A DNA stretch of 64,000 nt, taken from the NCBI GenBank assembly GCA_002633005.1, contig NMRA01000062.1:1-64000 (forward strand), in the 5' to 3' direction. Below are positions 53,301 through 64,000 of this stretch, piece after piece. Both the position numbers and the translations under genes were made by a program. The DNA comes from Phoronis australis. Its lineage: Eukaryota; Animalia; Phoronida. How positions within the stretch are numbered: the stretch's first letter is position 1; the number at the start of each line of letters is the position of its first letter. The notes beneath the pieces are model-generated. The model searched no databases, had not been told where the DNA came from, and saw nothing but the letters and a program-made list of their open reading frames with translations.

Positions 53301-56300
53301 ATGAAATTTGAAAATTTTGTTAACTGCTTTGAAAAAATGTGTGTTGCCATGGGTTTTTTCCTTAGAAAAAATGGCTTTCTTTGTTGTTAACATTTTATGA
53401 TCGATTAAAATTGTGGAGGTCATTAGGGGACTTAATGTAACACAGTGGCAGCTGTATCCCAGTGTAACACAGTGGCAGATGTATCCCAGTGTAACAGGTT
53501 AGTGCTGTGTGAAGCTCCCCCATTGGTAGGATTAGAACAGTGAATAAGAGCATAGTGTAGGCAAACCTGTCTTGATATTGACTCTTTCCCAACAATCTTA
53601 GCTGCCAAACCCCGAGCGCCCTCTGTCACGAGGAAAAAGACAACATCAGGTAGATGCATGCTGGTGACGCGGTCACCTTTGTTGTTAGAATTTACAGGTG
53701 TTGTTATTATTGTTTGACTTCGTTGTTACAAAACTGCTCGGTATTTATTGAGACTGAAATGTTCAGGCTCGACAATGCTGCGGTTTATTTAGTTCAGTGC
53801 AAGTTGTGGTCCGTCACCACTTATTTATAGAGTATTGCTTTTAGTTTTTTGAGAATTTTTTTGAGATGTTCAAGTTTCCAGCGCATGAACGTTCGATCGT
53901 ACAACAGTGCTGCTGTTTGCTAAAAACTGCCTGTAAGTCTCGTTGTTGTAGTTGTTGTTCCAGCATCGTATTTTACGTGTTCGTGTTTATTCTTCTTGCA
54001 TGGTTCCTTGGCGTGGAAAGTGTGGAAATGACAAAATATGGTGTACATGCATGGACGTCTCAGAAAATTTCAAATTAAATAGCGAAACCTTCATTTTGGA
54101 AGCATAGTATTGTGAAGAGTATGTGTGTACACTAATTCCTGGAAACAGCAGAAATGCCATCTTGTGATTGTGAGGAGAGTTAGATATGGAATATTCAAAC
54201 TTATGGAAAATGAAAACACAATATGAGAGGAATGCATGTGTTGTTTTGGCGAGACGGTAGGAAGTGTTGCTGTGTTTGTTGTTACCGTACTTTTTGTGAT
54301 TTAGTTCCTTCTGGGTTGCGAGTACGCAAAGGGTCATCAGGTAACTATGTCTGAAGAGAGTTTGCACCTCTGCTTTGAGCATGTCAAGTGGACAGGTCTG
54401 TGTGATTCATAGACCGACTTCGCTCATTTTATCCATTATGCATTGGCTAGTACACCTATGTGATCAACTATGCCTTGTTTTGTCTTATGCTACCCCCCCC
54501 CCCAAAAAAAAAGGCTTCAAAGCTTTGCAACATTCTGAGGTTCACAGCTGTATTTATCCTCATTTTACACTTACTCAGCAATAACACTTGTTTCCACGAC
54601 AACAATCTAATCCAAATCTGAATGTAGAATCCCAGATTGGGTTGTTTAAATCTTGTCTTTTGGATTCGTGGGAACGTGGCGCGCTGTACTTGTAAAATTG
54701 ATGTCTGGAATGTTGTTTTCTTGCATATAGCTTAAGCAAATGAATGGATCCCTAATAGACAAGTTGTTGTTCAAACCCAACAAACAAAATGGCAGCAGCC
54801 CCCTAACTTATTTTTTCGTTGCCGTTAGTATCAAATATTAGAGTTGAGTTGAATTTCTGCTGTGTTCGATATCAAGTCCAAAATACCGCCTACACATGCC
54901 GATAAGTATTCTGAAGTTCTACTTCATTATCCGCCAGTTTACTTAACAAATGCAGCACATTATGTATTACACACTTGTCTTACAGCAGGTAAACACAGGT
55001 TATCAGTGTTACATAATGTCGTGTAAGCATGCTGCATCACTGCCTTGTTGGCTCTAGTAAAATCTCTCCAATTCAAGTGCTTTTCTGAGTTCAAGTTTTG
55101 CTGCCACCAGACAAAGTTGTGGGCATTCACAACAAAGCTGAAAATGATGAAAAAGCATTGTTTTTGTCTTCAATTGATGAGATTTTACCATAAAATCTCA
55201 GTTGTATTTTCTAGACGTGCTATCACAGCAGGCCTTTATCCAGGATTTTGAAAATAGGGTGTCCAAAATGGGGTTCCCAATATTCCAGGGCGTCCATGAT
55301 TCTGACGCGAAACCCCCCACCCCCAGCAATACCCCCAAACACACAGATTTTTTACAAAGAAATGCATAGATCAAGGTTTTTACATCTAAGTTTATAAAAC
55401 AGCCTTCTATGGTGAACATTTTTACTTAAAAACTATGTAGACCAAGACTTTTACAGTGCTGTCAATCAAGTGTCAAAATAGCAACAATGCATATATTTTG
55501 TATATACATTGTATATTTCTTCCTGCTTTGAAAAAAGAGCCCCCACTGTGAGCCTTCAGAGGCTTCCTAGTATTCATTACAATGTGCGAGTCCAAACTTG
55601 AAAGGTTCCTATTGACAGTGGGCGTCCAAATGATACATTGGGTGTCCTTGTCAGGACATATGCTGCATAAAGGCCTGCATCACAGCCAAGTATTCATAAT
55701 TGTCACAGGTCTTGCCATTTAATAATGAACCTATAATTCTACAGGTCTTGCCAGTTAATAATGAACCTATAATTCTACAGGTCTTGCCACTTGATCAGCA
55801 TTATACAATTCTACATTTGCTGTATGGATTATTGCGCACATTTGCCCAGATTCCCGCCACCAACTGTTCATCCAACCTACCACTTCTATACACCCATGTT
55901 TGGTTACGTGTAATCAAAGTCTTTCCAAAGCCTTTGATTTGGAATCAGCCCTGCTCAGCTTATGCCCACATCTTGATTTGTTAGCTTCTTCAGATGTCCT
56001 GAGTTAACCCTGACATGTTCGGGTTAACCCAGACACGTGGTGCTTATTTAAGGTTATGTAGGACCCTAGAAAAATTCTCCAAATTTGACTAACGTCAGAA
56101 CATCGTACTTCAGAGTAGAAAACTGTTACTGCTTTGTTAAGATCTCATCTTAAACATTTATATCAAATATAATTTGATTCATGTTATTGATAGTCTTGTG
56201 TTGCTCTCAATGTACCTTCCCTTTTTGTTCAGTTTTACTAAAAAGACATGGTCAAGTTATCCAATTAATGGCAGATTAGTCAAAAATTGAATATCTAGTT

Positions 56301-59300
56301 CTACACCCTTTCTACTTTCAGAAAATGTATACTTTTACCGAGTTAAAATCTTGTTTTGTAGAATATTTGGCAAAATACGCAGACTTGACAACGAGGTGCT
56401 ACATAACCTTTATCAAACTTTATTATGTGATGTGGAGCAAGCCTGTAACTCTGATCTATTGATCAATGCATGAACAAGCTCGCTTTTCTCAAGAGACTCG
56501 CAGTGGTTGCTCTTCGGCACATTTGATTTTCACTCGATAAATACCCATCTTTCAGTCTACATCTCTGATTTGAAGTTTTCCTAGTACTGTACGTAATCCC
56601 CCAGTCAACCTCCAATTACCCTCGGCATACGTACGGTGATGAGTCACCCAGCGCACCACTTGCTACTGATGTACAAGTACCAAAACACTTGGCCATGTCT
56701 CTGCTTGACTTGTGGCCAGTGGAAGGTGAATTCTGACTAAGGAAGGCTGTTCGTTTTAGCAATGCAGACTCGGGAGTGTAAATTCCTCCCACTTTGTATG
56801 TGAATGAAAATCGTGAAATAAACACCTACTTGACATGTGAATAGTTATCAAGTTTTCTTAGTTACTAGCTCGCAGCTAATCAGTGAAATTTTGACGGTTG
56901 ATAAAAAACTAGTGTTACACTTGTAGTAGCTAACTGGGCTAGGATAGTAAAACAGCGTGGTCCACAGGACTGACTAGGGCGGTTGTGACGGGCCTAGACC
57001 TGGTTTGGTTTCCTAGTGTCTTGAGTCTTGAAGCTGTTGAAAGAGGTCCATATAGTTTTGGTTTCCTGTATCTCAGTCAGTTTATCATAGACTTGTTTCT
57101 TGTATTTTTCCAGATTCATCAGCAGGTGGTGTTGATGTAGATGCGTTTACAACCCTGTTCGACAACGTAAAAAATGTGCAGGTAATGTTCAGTGGTATTG
57201 ACTGTTAGCTTTCACATACCTGGCAAGGCTACTTTGGAGATTGATTAGTACAATTGTACCGACTAATTTGTCGCATCTATGTTCTCTACTGCTCTGTTAG
57301 TTTATGGTTACCCTGTGAGTGTGTATGTGTGCGTGGCAAAAAAAATTTCACCACAAATGTGATTAGTTTGGTTGTTAAACAAGTGTGTTTGTTCTGTCAG
57401 ATCTACTCAAGCCGTGACGTGGCGGACCATGTGAACAAAGCTAAAGACATGTTAAGTGACGCAAATCACCCATGGGAAAAAAGAATAGACTCAGTAAGTA
57501 TTGGTCTAAATGGTGAGTTCAGGTATTATCTCACGCATGATCTTTCCTATTATTAGTATATATTAAATCTTGATTAATGTTATGGTTAGGTACAACTTAC
57601 AACACTAAAAATAGGTTTAAGTCCGAGCTTTTGTTGCTGGTTGTTTGTCTTCATATCGTAAGATAATAATGTGGTTAATGACTAACTGTGCGTTGTTTTC
57701 AGTTAAAACTTATCCGGGCATTGCTAATAGCTGGAGCGCAGGACTATGATGACTGGCCGCAGCACTTACGTATCCTTGAGCCGTGTCTGCTAACCTCGTG
57801 CAAGGATCTGCGTTCACAGGTGGTTCGCGAGGCTTGCTGTACTGTCGCGTAAGTGGAGCACCAACAGAGGTCCAGTGTGTTAACATTGATGTGTTGGTTG
57901 TTGGTTTATAACATTTTAAACATCCGATTAAGTCACTTTCTGTTGTGCCAGAGTGTAGAATTTGAGATTGTTAGTTTGCATTCATTCAATTTCTTTGACT
58001 TGAGAGTGAAGCATATTTTGGGGTGTATTCATTTTTTCAAAAATAATCCGACTGAATAACCTGGAATTCTCCGCCATGACAGCTGAGCGCAGATTTCCCG
58101 TCATGGCGGCTGAGCGCTTTCAAATTTCCACGTCATGATTAGTTATCAATCGTATTTTTACATCGTCATTTGTTCAGTTGTTAAATTGCCATGTACTATA
58201 AATATTTTCTGGAAAGAGAATATCCTATAAGTGTGGACAGACCTCATTCACCTGTTATCTACTGATTCTCGTTGCAGTTACCTGGCCCAGAGAATGTCCA
58301 ACAAATTTGAACACACAGCCGAAGTGCTCATTCAACAGCTCATCAACTTGATGGCCAACAGTGCCAAGATTATGGCTACATCCGGCGTCACTGCTCTCAA
58401 ATTCATCATCATGGTACTACTAATGTATTCTATCAACACCTGACCGAGCACATTGTTCACTAGTTGCAGAATAAGTGTTACTTTGAAATGTACTACCAAC
58501 AGGTGGCGTGCTTAGTGCGTAACTTTTGGTTTTCTCAGCCACGATGTCAGAACATTTGAGGTTTTTCGTGTTTGGTAATTGTTGCTTTCAAAACTTGAGT
58601 TGTTGTCAGGATGTTGTGGTTCTGAATGATTGATACCATTTCTCTCGTGATCAGTTAGTTTGACCGTCTTGTTTTGTTTCAGCACACTCACTCTCAACGT
58701 CTCATCCCACCTCTTACTAGTCACATTTCATCCAAGTCAAGTGTCATTAGAAGGTAAGGCAAGTCTCTTGTAACACAGTGTCATTAGAAGGTAAGGCCAG
58801 CCTCTTGTAATACACTGTCATTAGAAGGTAAGGCCAGCCTCTTGTAACACACTGTCATTAGAAGGTAATGCCAGTCTCTTGTAACACACTGTCATTAGAA
58901 GGTAAGGCCAGCGTCTTGTAACACACTGTCATTAGAAGGTAAGGCCAGCCTCTTGTAACACACTGTCATTAGAAGGTAAGGCCAGCCTCTTGTAACACAC
59001 TGTCATTAGAAGGTAAGGCCAGCCTCTTGTAACACACTGTCATTAGAAGGTAAGGCCAGCCTCTTGTAACACACTGTCATTAGAAGGTAAGGCCAGCCTC
59101 TTGTAACACACTGTCGTTAGAAGGTAAGGCCAGCCTCTTGTAACACACTGTCGTTAGAAGGTAAGGCCAGCCTCTTGTAACACACTGTCGTTAGAAGGTA
59201 AGGCCAGCCTCTTGTAACACACTGTCGTTAGAAGGTAAGGCCAGCCTCTTGTAACACACTGTCGTTAGAAGGTAAGGCCAGCCTCTTGTAACACACTGTC

Positions 59301-61423
59301 GTTAGAAGGTAAGGCCAGCCTCTTGTAACACACTGTCGTTAGAAGGTAAGGCCAGCCTCTTGTAACACACTGTCGTTAGAAGGTAAGGCCAGCCTCTTGT
59401 AACACACTGTCGTTAGAAGGTAAGGCCAGCCTCTTGTAACACACTGTCGTTAGAAGGTAAGGCCAGCCTCTTGTAACACACTGTCGTTAGAAGGTAAGGC
59501 CAGCCTCTTGTAACACACTGTCGTTAGAAGGTAAGGCCAGCCTCTTGTAACACACTGTCGTTAGAAGGTAAGGCCAGCCTCTTGTAACACACTGTCGTTA
59601 GAAGGTAAGGCCAGCCTCTTGTAACACACTGTCGTTAGAAGGTAAGGCCAGCCTCTTGTAACACACTGTCGTTAGAAGGTAAGGCCAGCCTCTTGTAACA
59701 CACTGTCGTTAGAAGGTAAGGCCAGCCTCTTGTAACACACTGTCGTTAGAAGGTAAGGCCAGCCTCTTGTAACACACTGTCGTTAGAAGGTAAGGCCAGC
59801 CTCTTGTAACACACTGTCGTTAGAAGGTAAGGCCAGCCTCTTGTAACACACTGTCGTTAGAAGGTAAGGCCAGCCTCTTGTAACACACTGTCGTTAGAAG
59901 GTAAGGCCAGCCTCTTGTAACACACTGTCGTTAGAAGGTAAGGCCAGCCTCTTGTAACACACTGTCGTTAGAAGGTAAGGCCAGCCTCTTGTAACACACT
60001 GTCGTTAGAAGGTAAGGCCAGCCTCTTGTAACACACTGTCGTTAGAAGGTAAGGCCAGCCTCTTGTAACACACTGTCGTTAGAAGGTAAGGCCAGCCTCT
60101 TGTAACACACTGTCGTTAGAAGGTAAGGCCAGCCTCTTGTAACACACTGTCGTTAGAAGGTAAGGCCAGCCTCTTGTAACACGCTCATCATTTAACCGCT
60201 GTTTGCTGTCTCATGTGTTTAGCTAAGATCCATAGCTAGATATTTGTGAGGCGCTGATGGCGAGAAATTGCCAATTAAACGAGCAACGGAAATGGTGGAT
60301 TTTTGGTTGAAAATATATGTTTTTTTTCCCATAATGCAGCATTCCGTCGTCGCCGTCCAGTCTTTTTTGTCATTTATTTTGGTAGTACCCCTTTGAAAGT
60401 TGGTGAGTTCTCTCATAAAGACAAGCACGCTCTTGTGTGATTGAGCACAACTTGCAAAGTGTCAGTCCCACTGAATGATGACCTGACTTGTGCGAGAAAA
60501 ACTGTTGTAGTGAGTTACGACTTAACCCTTACCAGTCACTAAAAGAAAGCAGCTTAATTAATGGTGCCCAAAACGAGCTTTGTCCTGGAATGTAACAAAA
60601 TTCATGGCATGGTAGAAAAATAGATTTCTTTGACACGTCGTGTTCTTAGAATATTCCATTTTGTCTTGCGCAGTGAAATTTATTTCTTTGTGTAAAAATT
60701 TGCACCAACTTTTATTGCTAAATTTGTTGCCTGTATTTAGTGCTGTAAAGAAAATTTGATAATGTTATTGCGATGTGGATAGTTGTGACTGTGTGTTCTT
60801 GTGTCTTTCAGACAAGTGACGGAGTTCCTAGATCTGCTGCTGAGAACATGGCCGACACACGTCCTGGAGCGACATATAGCTCTCGTGCAGGACTTTATCA
60901 AGAAGGGCATCAGTGATGCGGACTCGGAGGCCAGAGCGCACTCCAGAAGGTGGGTTCCCGAGGACACTTGGGACTGCTTTTCAGAATTCTGATCCGTATT
61001 TCTCTTGTGATATGTGCTTCCATGTCATATTCGGTGCAGACAATAACTTAATTGTTTTTACGTAACGATACACACAACTGAGTTACGTGTTACTTATTGT
61101 CTTGTTGGAGACCGCTAAAATTTCACAAAAATTCTTATGGCTTGTGGTTGGTAAATGAGAGTTGTCACGTTCTGCCGTTCATATTTGTACAGAGCCTACT
61201 GGGCCTTTGCGGAACACTTCAAAGACCAGGCAGAGTGTTTAATGAACTCGTTGGACCGCGACAAGCAGAAGATGCTGCAGGGAGAGCTTAGTAACTCGTC
61301 TAGCAAAGACTCACTGAGCACGTGCAGCTCGTCAGGTGCAACCAAGACATCGTCTGCTGTCCGCGCGAGCAGACGATCAGCCAGTATTGACAGGTCAAAC
61401 AAGGAAACTAGTCAACCATTTGT
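26204..61423 (+). CDS. CLASP1: CLIP-associating protein (CLASP/Orbit/MAST), 5' part: TOG1, linker and TOG2; gene continues beyond the window
   Basis: Phase-consistent GT-AG exons encode GWINSS.K, RLGDNKDEVRE, QVRETAINTLVEIYRHVGERVRRDL, AGGVD, KDLRSQVVREAC, NSAKIMATSG, IKKGISDADSEARAHSRRAYW. An invertebrate gene would be a co-orthologue of CLASP1 and CLASP2. Confidence 0.96.
27680..27830. repeat. Diverged ~69-bp tandem duplication
   Basis: gctgaatgagtcggga...ccttttcccagctgaa.tgggtcgg occurs twice. Confidence 0.8.
29520..29660. repeat. ~62-bp tandem repeat, about 2.5 units
   Basis: ttcattcatcct...tagtgaacag recurs. Confidence 0.7.
31528..32017. mobile_element. Diverged MITE with GCCCTTTCAT(A/T)CT TIRs
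   Basis: gccctttcattctgac ... gttagtatgaaagggc. Confidence 0.5.
32079..32462. mobile_element. PIF/Harbinger-like MITE with TAA TSD
   Basis: taa|gggccaatgcacatggaaagct ... agctttccgtgtgtgctggccc|taa. Confidence 0.75.
32513..32591 (+). CDS. CLASP1: CLASP coding exon 2
   Basis: ISLYGLEVMCLLVSRMGEGFNKSVST; 79 nt. Confidence 0.9.
38201..38425 (+). repeat. ~115-bp tandem duplication spanning the acceptor of CLASP coding exon 3 (pseudo-exon at 38254-38297)
   Basis: aggggaggct...tgattgacatgtgt.tgcttgtc.ttgcagta...aataaggatgaagtgag occurs twice. Confidence 0.88.
38369..38472 (+). CDS. CLASP1: CLASP coding exon 3
   Basis: VIPTVVNRLGDNKDEVRESAQELLVRLMCPASSPA; 104 nt. Confidence 0.93.
39488..39579 (+). 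CDS. CLASP1: CLASP coding exon 4
   Basis: YVFDRLQSSFTHKLWRVREETLICLQNTLK; 92 nt. Confidence 0.93.
41277..41352 (+). CDS. CLASP1: CLASP coding exon 5
   Basis: YGAKSLTLSRLVPSVVQLLEDQNSQ; 76 nt. Confidence 0.93.
42497..42665 (+). CDS. CLASP1: CLASP coding exon 6 (end of TOG1)
   Basis: VRETAINTLVEIYRHVGERVRRDL...DEVKRSGNM; phase-1 donor GTAAGT. Confidence 0.95.
43985..44494. mobile_element. hAT-like MITE, TIR CAGGGCTTGGAAT, 6-bp TSD GGAGTT
   Basis: TIRs and TSD visible; second copy at 61893-62396; isolated terminus at 6565-6577. Confidence 0.9.
47690..47860. repeat. 42-bp minisatellite, about 4 units
   Basis: tgtgtggaacctacaaagccagtgtatcagttgcacaaccca repeats. Confidence 0.9.
48512..49088 (+). 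CDS. CLASP1: Putative alternative first coding exon of CLASP (192 codons, Ser-rich, two SxIP motifs)
   Basis: AGTATGG start, open frame, phase-1 donor A|GTATGT compatible with the downstream linker exons. Confidence 0.62.
52127..52159 (+). CDS. CLASP1: Putative 33-nt CLASP microexon with GC donor (SLLPRMTARG)
   Basis: CTTGTTCTAG acceptor, AG|GCAAGT donor, symmetric phase 1. Confidence 0.45.
53096..53230 (+). CDS. CLASP1: CLASP linker exon
   Basis: AHSRSKSVDELDSAKPLFKAPAPVGTGPKKSAGRKSTLTGKSNT; 135 nt, phase 1-1. Confidence 0.82.
53602..53649 (+). CDS. CLASP1: Putative 48-nt CLASP linker exon (AKPRAPSVTRKKTTS)
   Basis: TCTTAG acceptor, CAG|GTAGAT donor, symmetric phase 1, basic Ser/Pro composition. 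Confidence 0.6.
55229..55677. mobile_element. hAT-like MITE, TIR CAGGCCTTTAT, 8-bp TSD
   Basis: tatcacag|caggcctttat ... ataaaggcctg|catcacag. Confidence 0.85.
55704..55790. repeat. 36-bp tandem repeat, about 2.4 units
   Basis: acaggtcttgcca.ttaataatgaacctataattct repeats. Confidence 0.85.
57114..57181 (+). CDS. CLASP1: CLASP exon (start of TOG2)
   Basis: SSAGGVDVDAFTTLFDNVKNVQ; 68 nt. Confidence 0.9.
57401..57493 (+). CDS. CLASP1: CLASP TOG2 exon
   Basis: IYSSRDVADHVNKAKDMLSDANHPWEKRIDS; 93 nt. Confidence 0.93.
57703..57848 (+). CDS. CLASP1: CLASP TOG2 exon
   Basis: LKLIRALLIAGA...KDLRSQVVREACCTVA; 146 nt. Confidence 0.95.
58278..58413 (+). CDS. CLASP1: CLASP TOG2 exon
   Basis: YLAQRMSNKFEHTAE...NSAKIMATSGVTALKFIIM; 136 nt. 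Confidence 0.95.
58683..58753 (+). CDS. CLASP1: CLASP TOG2 exon
   Basis: HTHSQRLIPPLTSHISSKSSVIRR; 71 nt; its donor is the first unit of the minisatellite. Confidence 0.93.
58742..60182 (+). repeat. 37-bp minisatellite, 39 units, each containing the exon end and 5' splice site
   Basis: Unit TGTCRTTAGAAG|GTAAGGCCAGCCTCTTGTAACACAC; first GT at 58754, last at 60160, spacing 1406 = 38 x 37. Confidence 0.97.
60812..60949 (+). CDS. CLASP1: CLASP TOG2 exon
   Basis: QVTEFLDLLLRTWPTHVLERH...KKGISDADSEARAHSRR; 138 nt. Confidence 0.95.
61193..61423 (+). CDS. CLASP1: CLASP exon (end of TOG2 and Ser-rich region)
   Basis: AYWAFAEHFKDQAECLMNSLDRDKQKMLQ...; donor GTGAGT at 61424. Confidence 0.9.
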
Positions 61424-61892
61424 GTGAGTATGGTGTAATGTGTGATTCTGTAGCTGTCTATGTAGTGACGCTAAGTAATTCATTAAGTATTAAAATTATA
61501 GACTGAAGTCTTCCAGTTGGCTATTGTCCATTGCACTTAGGGTGACGACTGGCATACTTGTTGTATGATTGTGTAGTTATGTATAGCAGAAGACTTCACT
61601 GCACTAAATATTACATGCTGTAGTTGATTTAGTAGTGTTCATTGTTAGCAACATGCAGTGCTGCCACCTGTTACAGATTTACGTGTGTTCTACCTACTGT
61701 ATGGCTTAAAAATGAAAAGTTATAGATTTTATTGATATAATTCTCATTAAAAATCTGTTGAAATTAAAAAATAACTTCAACATTGTCGGCATTTTTGAAA
61801 TGTAGTTCGTGGAATTCTGGCAGAAAATTCGGTAAATGACGGAAATAGTGGAGACCCCATAGTTTGACCAATAAGTTGCATCATAGGTCTTT

Positions 61893-62396
61893 CAGGGCTT
61901 GGAATTTTCCGCGGAAACGCGGATTTCCGCTTTTTTCAAATGTGCTTTTCGCTTTTTTTATAATATTTCCGTGTAAAAAAATCGGATTTGATATAAAATT
62001 TCCGCGGCAAATTCCTTTCTTACCGCGGCGTTGCAGACGATGTTCACCTCGAAAAGCGGAAGTTGCTCTTTGTGTTTCGGAGGAACGTAAATTGTCAACA
62101 TTTCCGGGGCATCTGGGACAGCGTGGTGGGATTTTCAATGGCGTCTCGTGTTATTGTTAAGCATGGCGACAAGTACTACCACTCTGCAGCCAAAAATGTG
62201 TGGGTTGTGAGTGGACGGGCGAGTTAAAAGGACGCAGACGCATGCTACTGATGGTGGTAACGTTTTTTTTTTTAGTCCCGATTTTTGTCGGGGAAAGGTT
62301 CACATCAACCATTTCAAGGCTGGTTATCGGGCATGATTTGGGCCGTAAAAGTTTCAAAGTATCCGCGTTTTTTGTCATTGGTCATTCCAAGCCCTG
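61893..62396. mobile_element. hAT-like MITE, TIR CAGGGCTTGGAAT, 6-bp TSD GTCTTT
   Basis: Homologous to 43985-44494 over its length; TIRs and TSD visible. Confidence 0.9.
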
Positions 62397-63290
62397 GTCT
62401 TTGTGCATTACGTAATTTGCATATGGGGCCTCCTCTTTCAATTGAAGTTCGTTTGTGAATGATTGACTAACGAAGCACATGCTTATTTGGCTTTGTATAG
62501 TGTGTTATTTCGGATGCAAATAAATTGTAAGGAATTACTTTTATAAAACGTGAAAATAAAATCGCCACGTTATGTCGCGTCGACTTCAGTACTGAGAATC
62601 CGGGTGCTTACGAGATCAGCGTGGATGAGAAATCATTGAGATTTGCTGAATCCTGTCGTCGAGTGGGGAGAAATCAGTCACGCTAATTGCAATACTGCAG
62701 CATGACCAATTGAGTTTTCATCAGTGCTTTTTAGATGTATGTTTCGATACTAAAATTTGTTGTTGCTAGGTATGTCGTGCTGTCGTTTGATAGATATTTA
62801 AACTTTCGGTAATGTGTTGGAAATTGTATGAATTTTCCCTTGCAAAATATGGATTTTTAGAGATCGAAGGTTATGGATAATGTGCCAAACAGGTGGCAGC
62901 TCTGAACAACGTGTCGCGTTGTTGCATTTTACCTGTTGCCAAGCAACGCTACTTCACCATGACAACAAGACTTGATATTACTGTAGCAGTGTGTTCTCAT
63001 ACAGTCTAGTTATAGTTTTGACAGTGTTCTTCGCTAGCTTGTCTTCCAGTTAGAACGTAGTCAAATGCTTGAATAAAATAATCATCTCAATTTACACAGT
63101 CTTAACTTTTAAATGCTTGAAAACTACAATAAAGACACTTCAGTCTTTGTCCACAATGATGACTTCGGCGACACCTTTTTCAAAATCAGTTGTTATGGCA
63201 TGGTTATACATTGATATAGAGTTCATGACACAGAAATGTTGTATTGTACACTTAACAGCCGTGATAACATACTGCGTTTGTGTCCTACAG

Positions 63291-63311
63291 AGCGCCATCT
63301 AGTGACGATAG
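63291..63311 (+). CDS. CLASP1: Possible 21-nt CLASP microexon (APSSDD)
   Basis: TGTCCTACAG acceptor, AG|GTATAA donor, symmetric phase 2 matching the preceding exon. Confidence 0.35.
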
Positions 63312-64000
63312 GTATAATTGTGCTTAGTTGCCAGTGTGCTCAGGCGTGCTATGATTCACCGTAGTTGTTGAATTTTGTTTAATTTGACGTCGCGTGCATT
63401 TGTTTATGTGTGTGTGTCTATGGCATTTGGAAAACTGAAGGTTTTTTTTGTCAAAATATATTTAGCGTGACTCCGTGATAAAAATGACAGTTTGGATTAT
63501 ATCAAATTGTAACCTGTTGCAGTGTTGTTTGTACTGTGTGTACTTTTAGCACACGTTGCAGTTCACACGGTGTGTTGTACTTGGACATCCTGCCAAGTTG
63601 TAGTACAGAGTAGTAGTTCTCCAGATGCTAGTGTTAAAGAGACGTAGTATGCTAGTGGCTGTATAGAGTTAAGCCCCTCTCACACTGACACATAGGTCTA
63701 CACTATGACAACTTACCAACAAAGTTTGCTCCAGGCTTGAAAGTTGACCAATCGTAAACATTCCAATTCCATAAGACGTGATTGGTCAATTTCAATTAAA
63801 GCCTCGAGTATTTTTTGGGTGATGGGTCTTGGTGTGACAATAACTAACTCAGGAAAACTACGACGTTGTCTTGAGGGGACTTAACAGTAACTGACTCACA
63901 TATTATACATAAATGATTGCTTTACTATGGCAGTGCTCTCCCTGACTGTTGTAGTTGTTGAGGACCTGCTTCAGTGTCAGTGTGATCAGGACATAGTGTC

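Noticed and set aside
58742-60182. CRISPR array (37-bp repeats)
   Set aside because: Units are head-to-tail with no unique spacers, there are no cas genes, and the context is a eukaryotic intron.

Overview
This is intron-rich eukaryotic genomic DNA, probably from a bilaterian invertebrate, with scaffold N's. It is not prokaryotic, so most short ORFs in the track are spurious. Two conserved genes sit head-to-head around a short promoter (about 21525-21830). The first is a complete 11-exon PA2G4/EBP1 gene on the minus strand (7368-21524, 1182 nt, 393 aa). The second is the 5' part of a CLASP (Orbit/MAST) gene on the plus strand (ATG 26204; TOG1, linker and TOG2 exons to 61423, continuing past the window). 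An orphan acidic 800-aa ORF with internal repeats lies at 2200-4602 (-). The introns carry many MITEs with visible TIRs and target-site duplications. The most unusual items are: a 37-bp minisatellite that copies a real CLASP splice donor 39 times; a duplicated intronic H/ACA-like snoRNA whose 3' end is amplified as a minisatellite; a putative alternative first CLASP exon with two SxIP motifs that would replace TOG1; and a duplicated acceptor that creates a frame-compatible decoy exon. All calls were made by eye; no searches were run.
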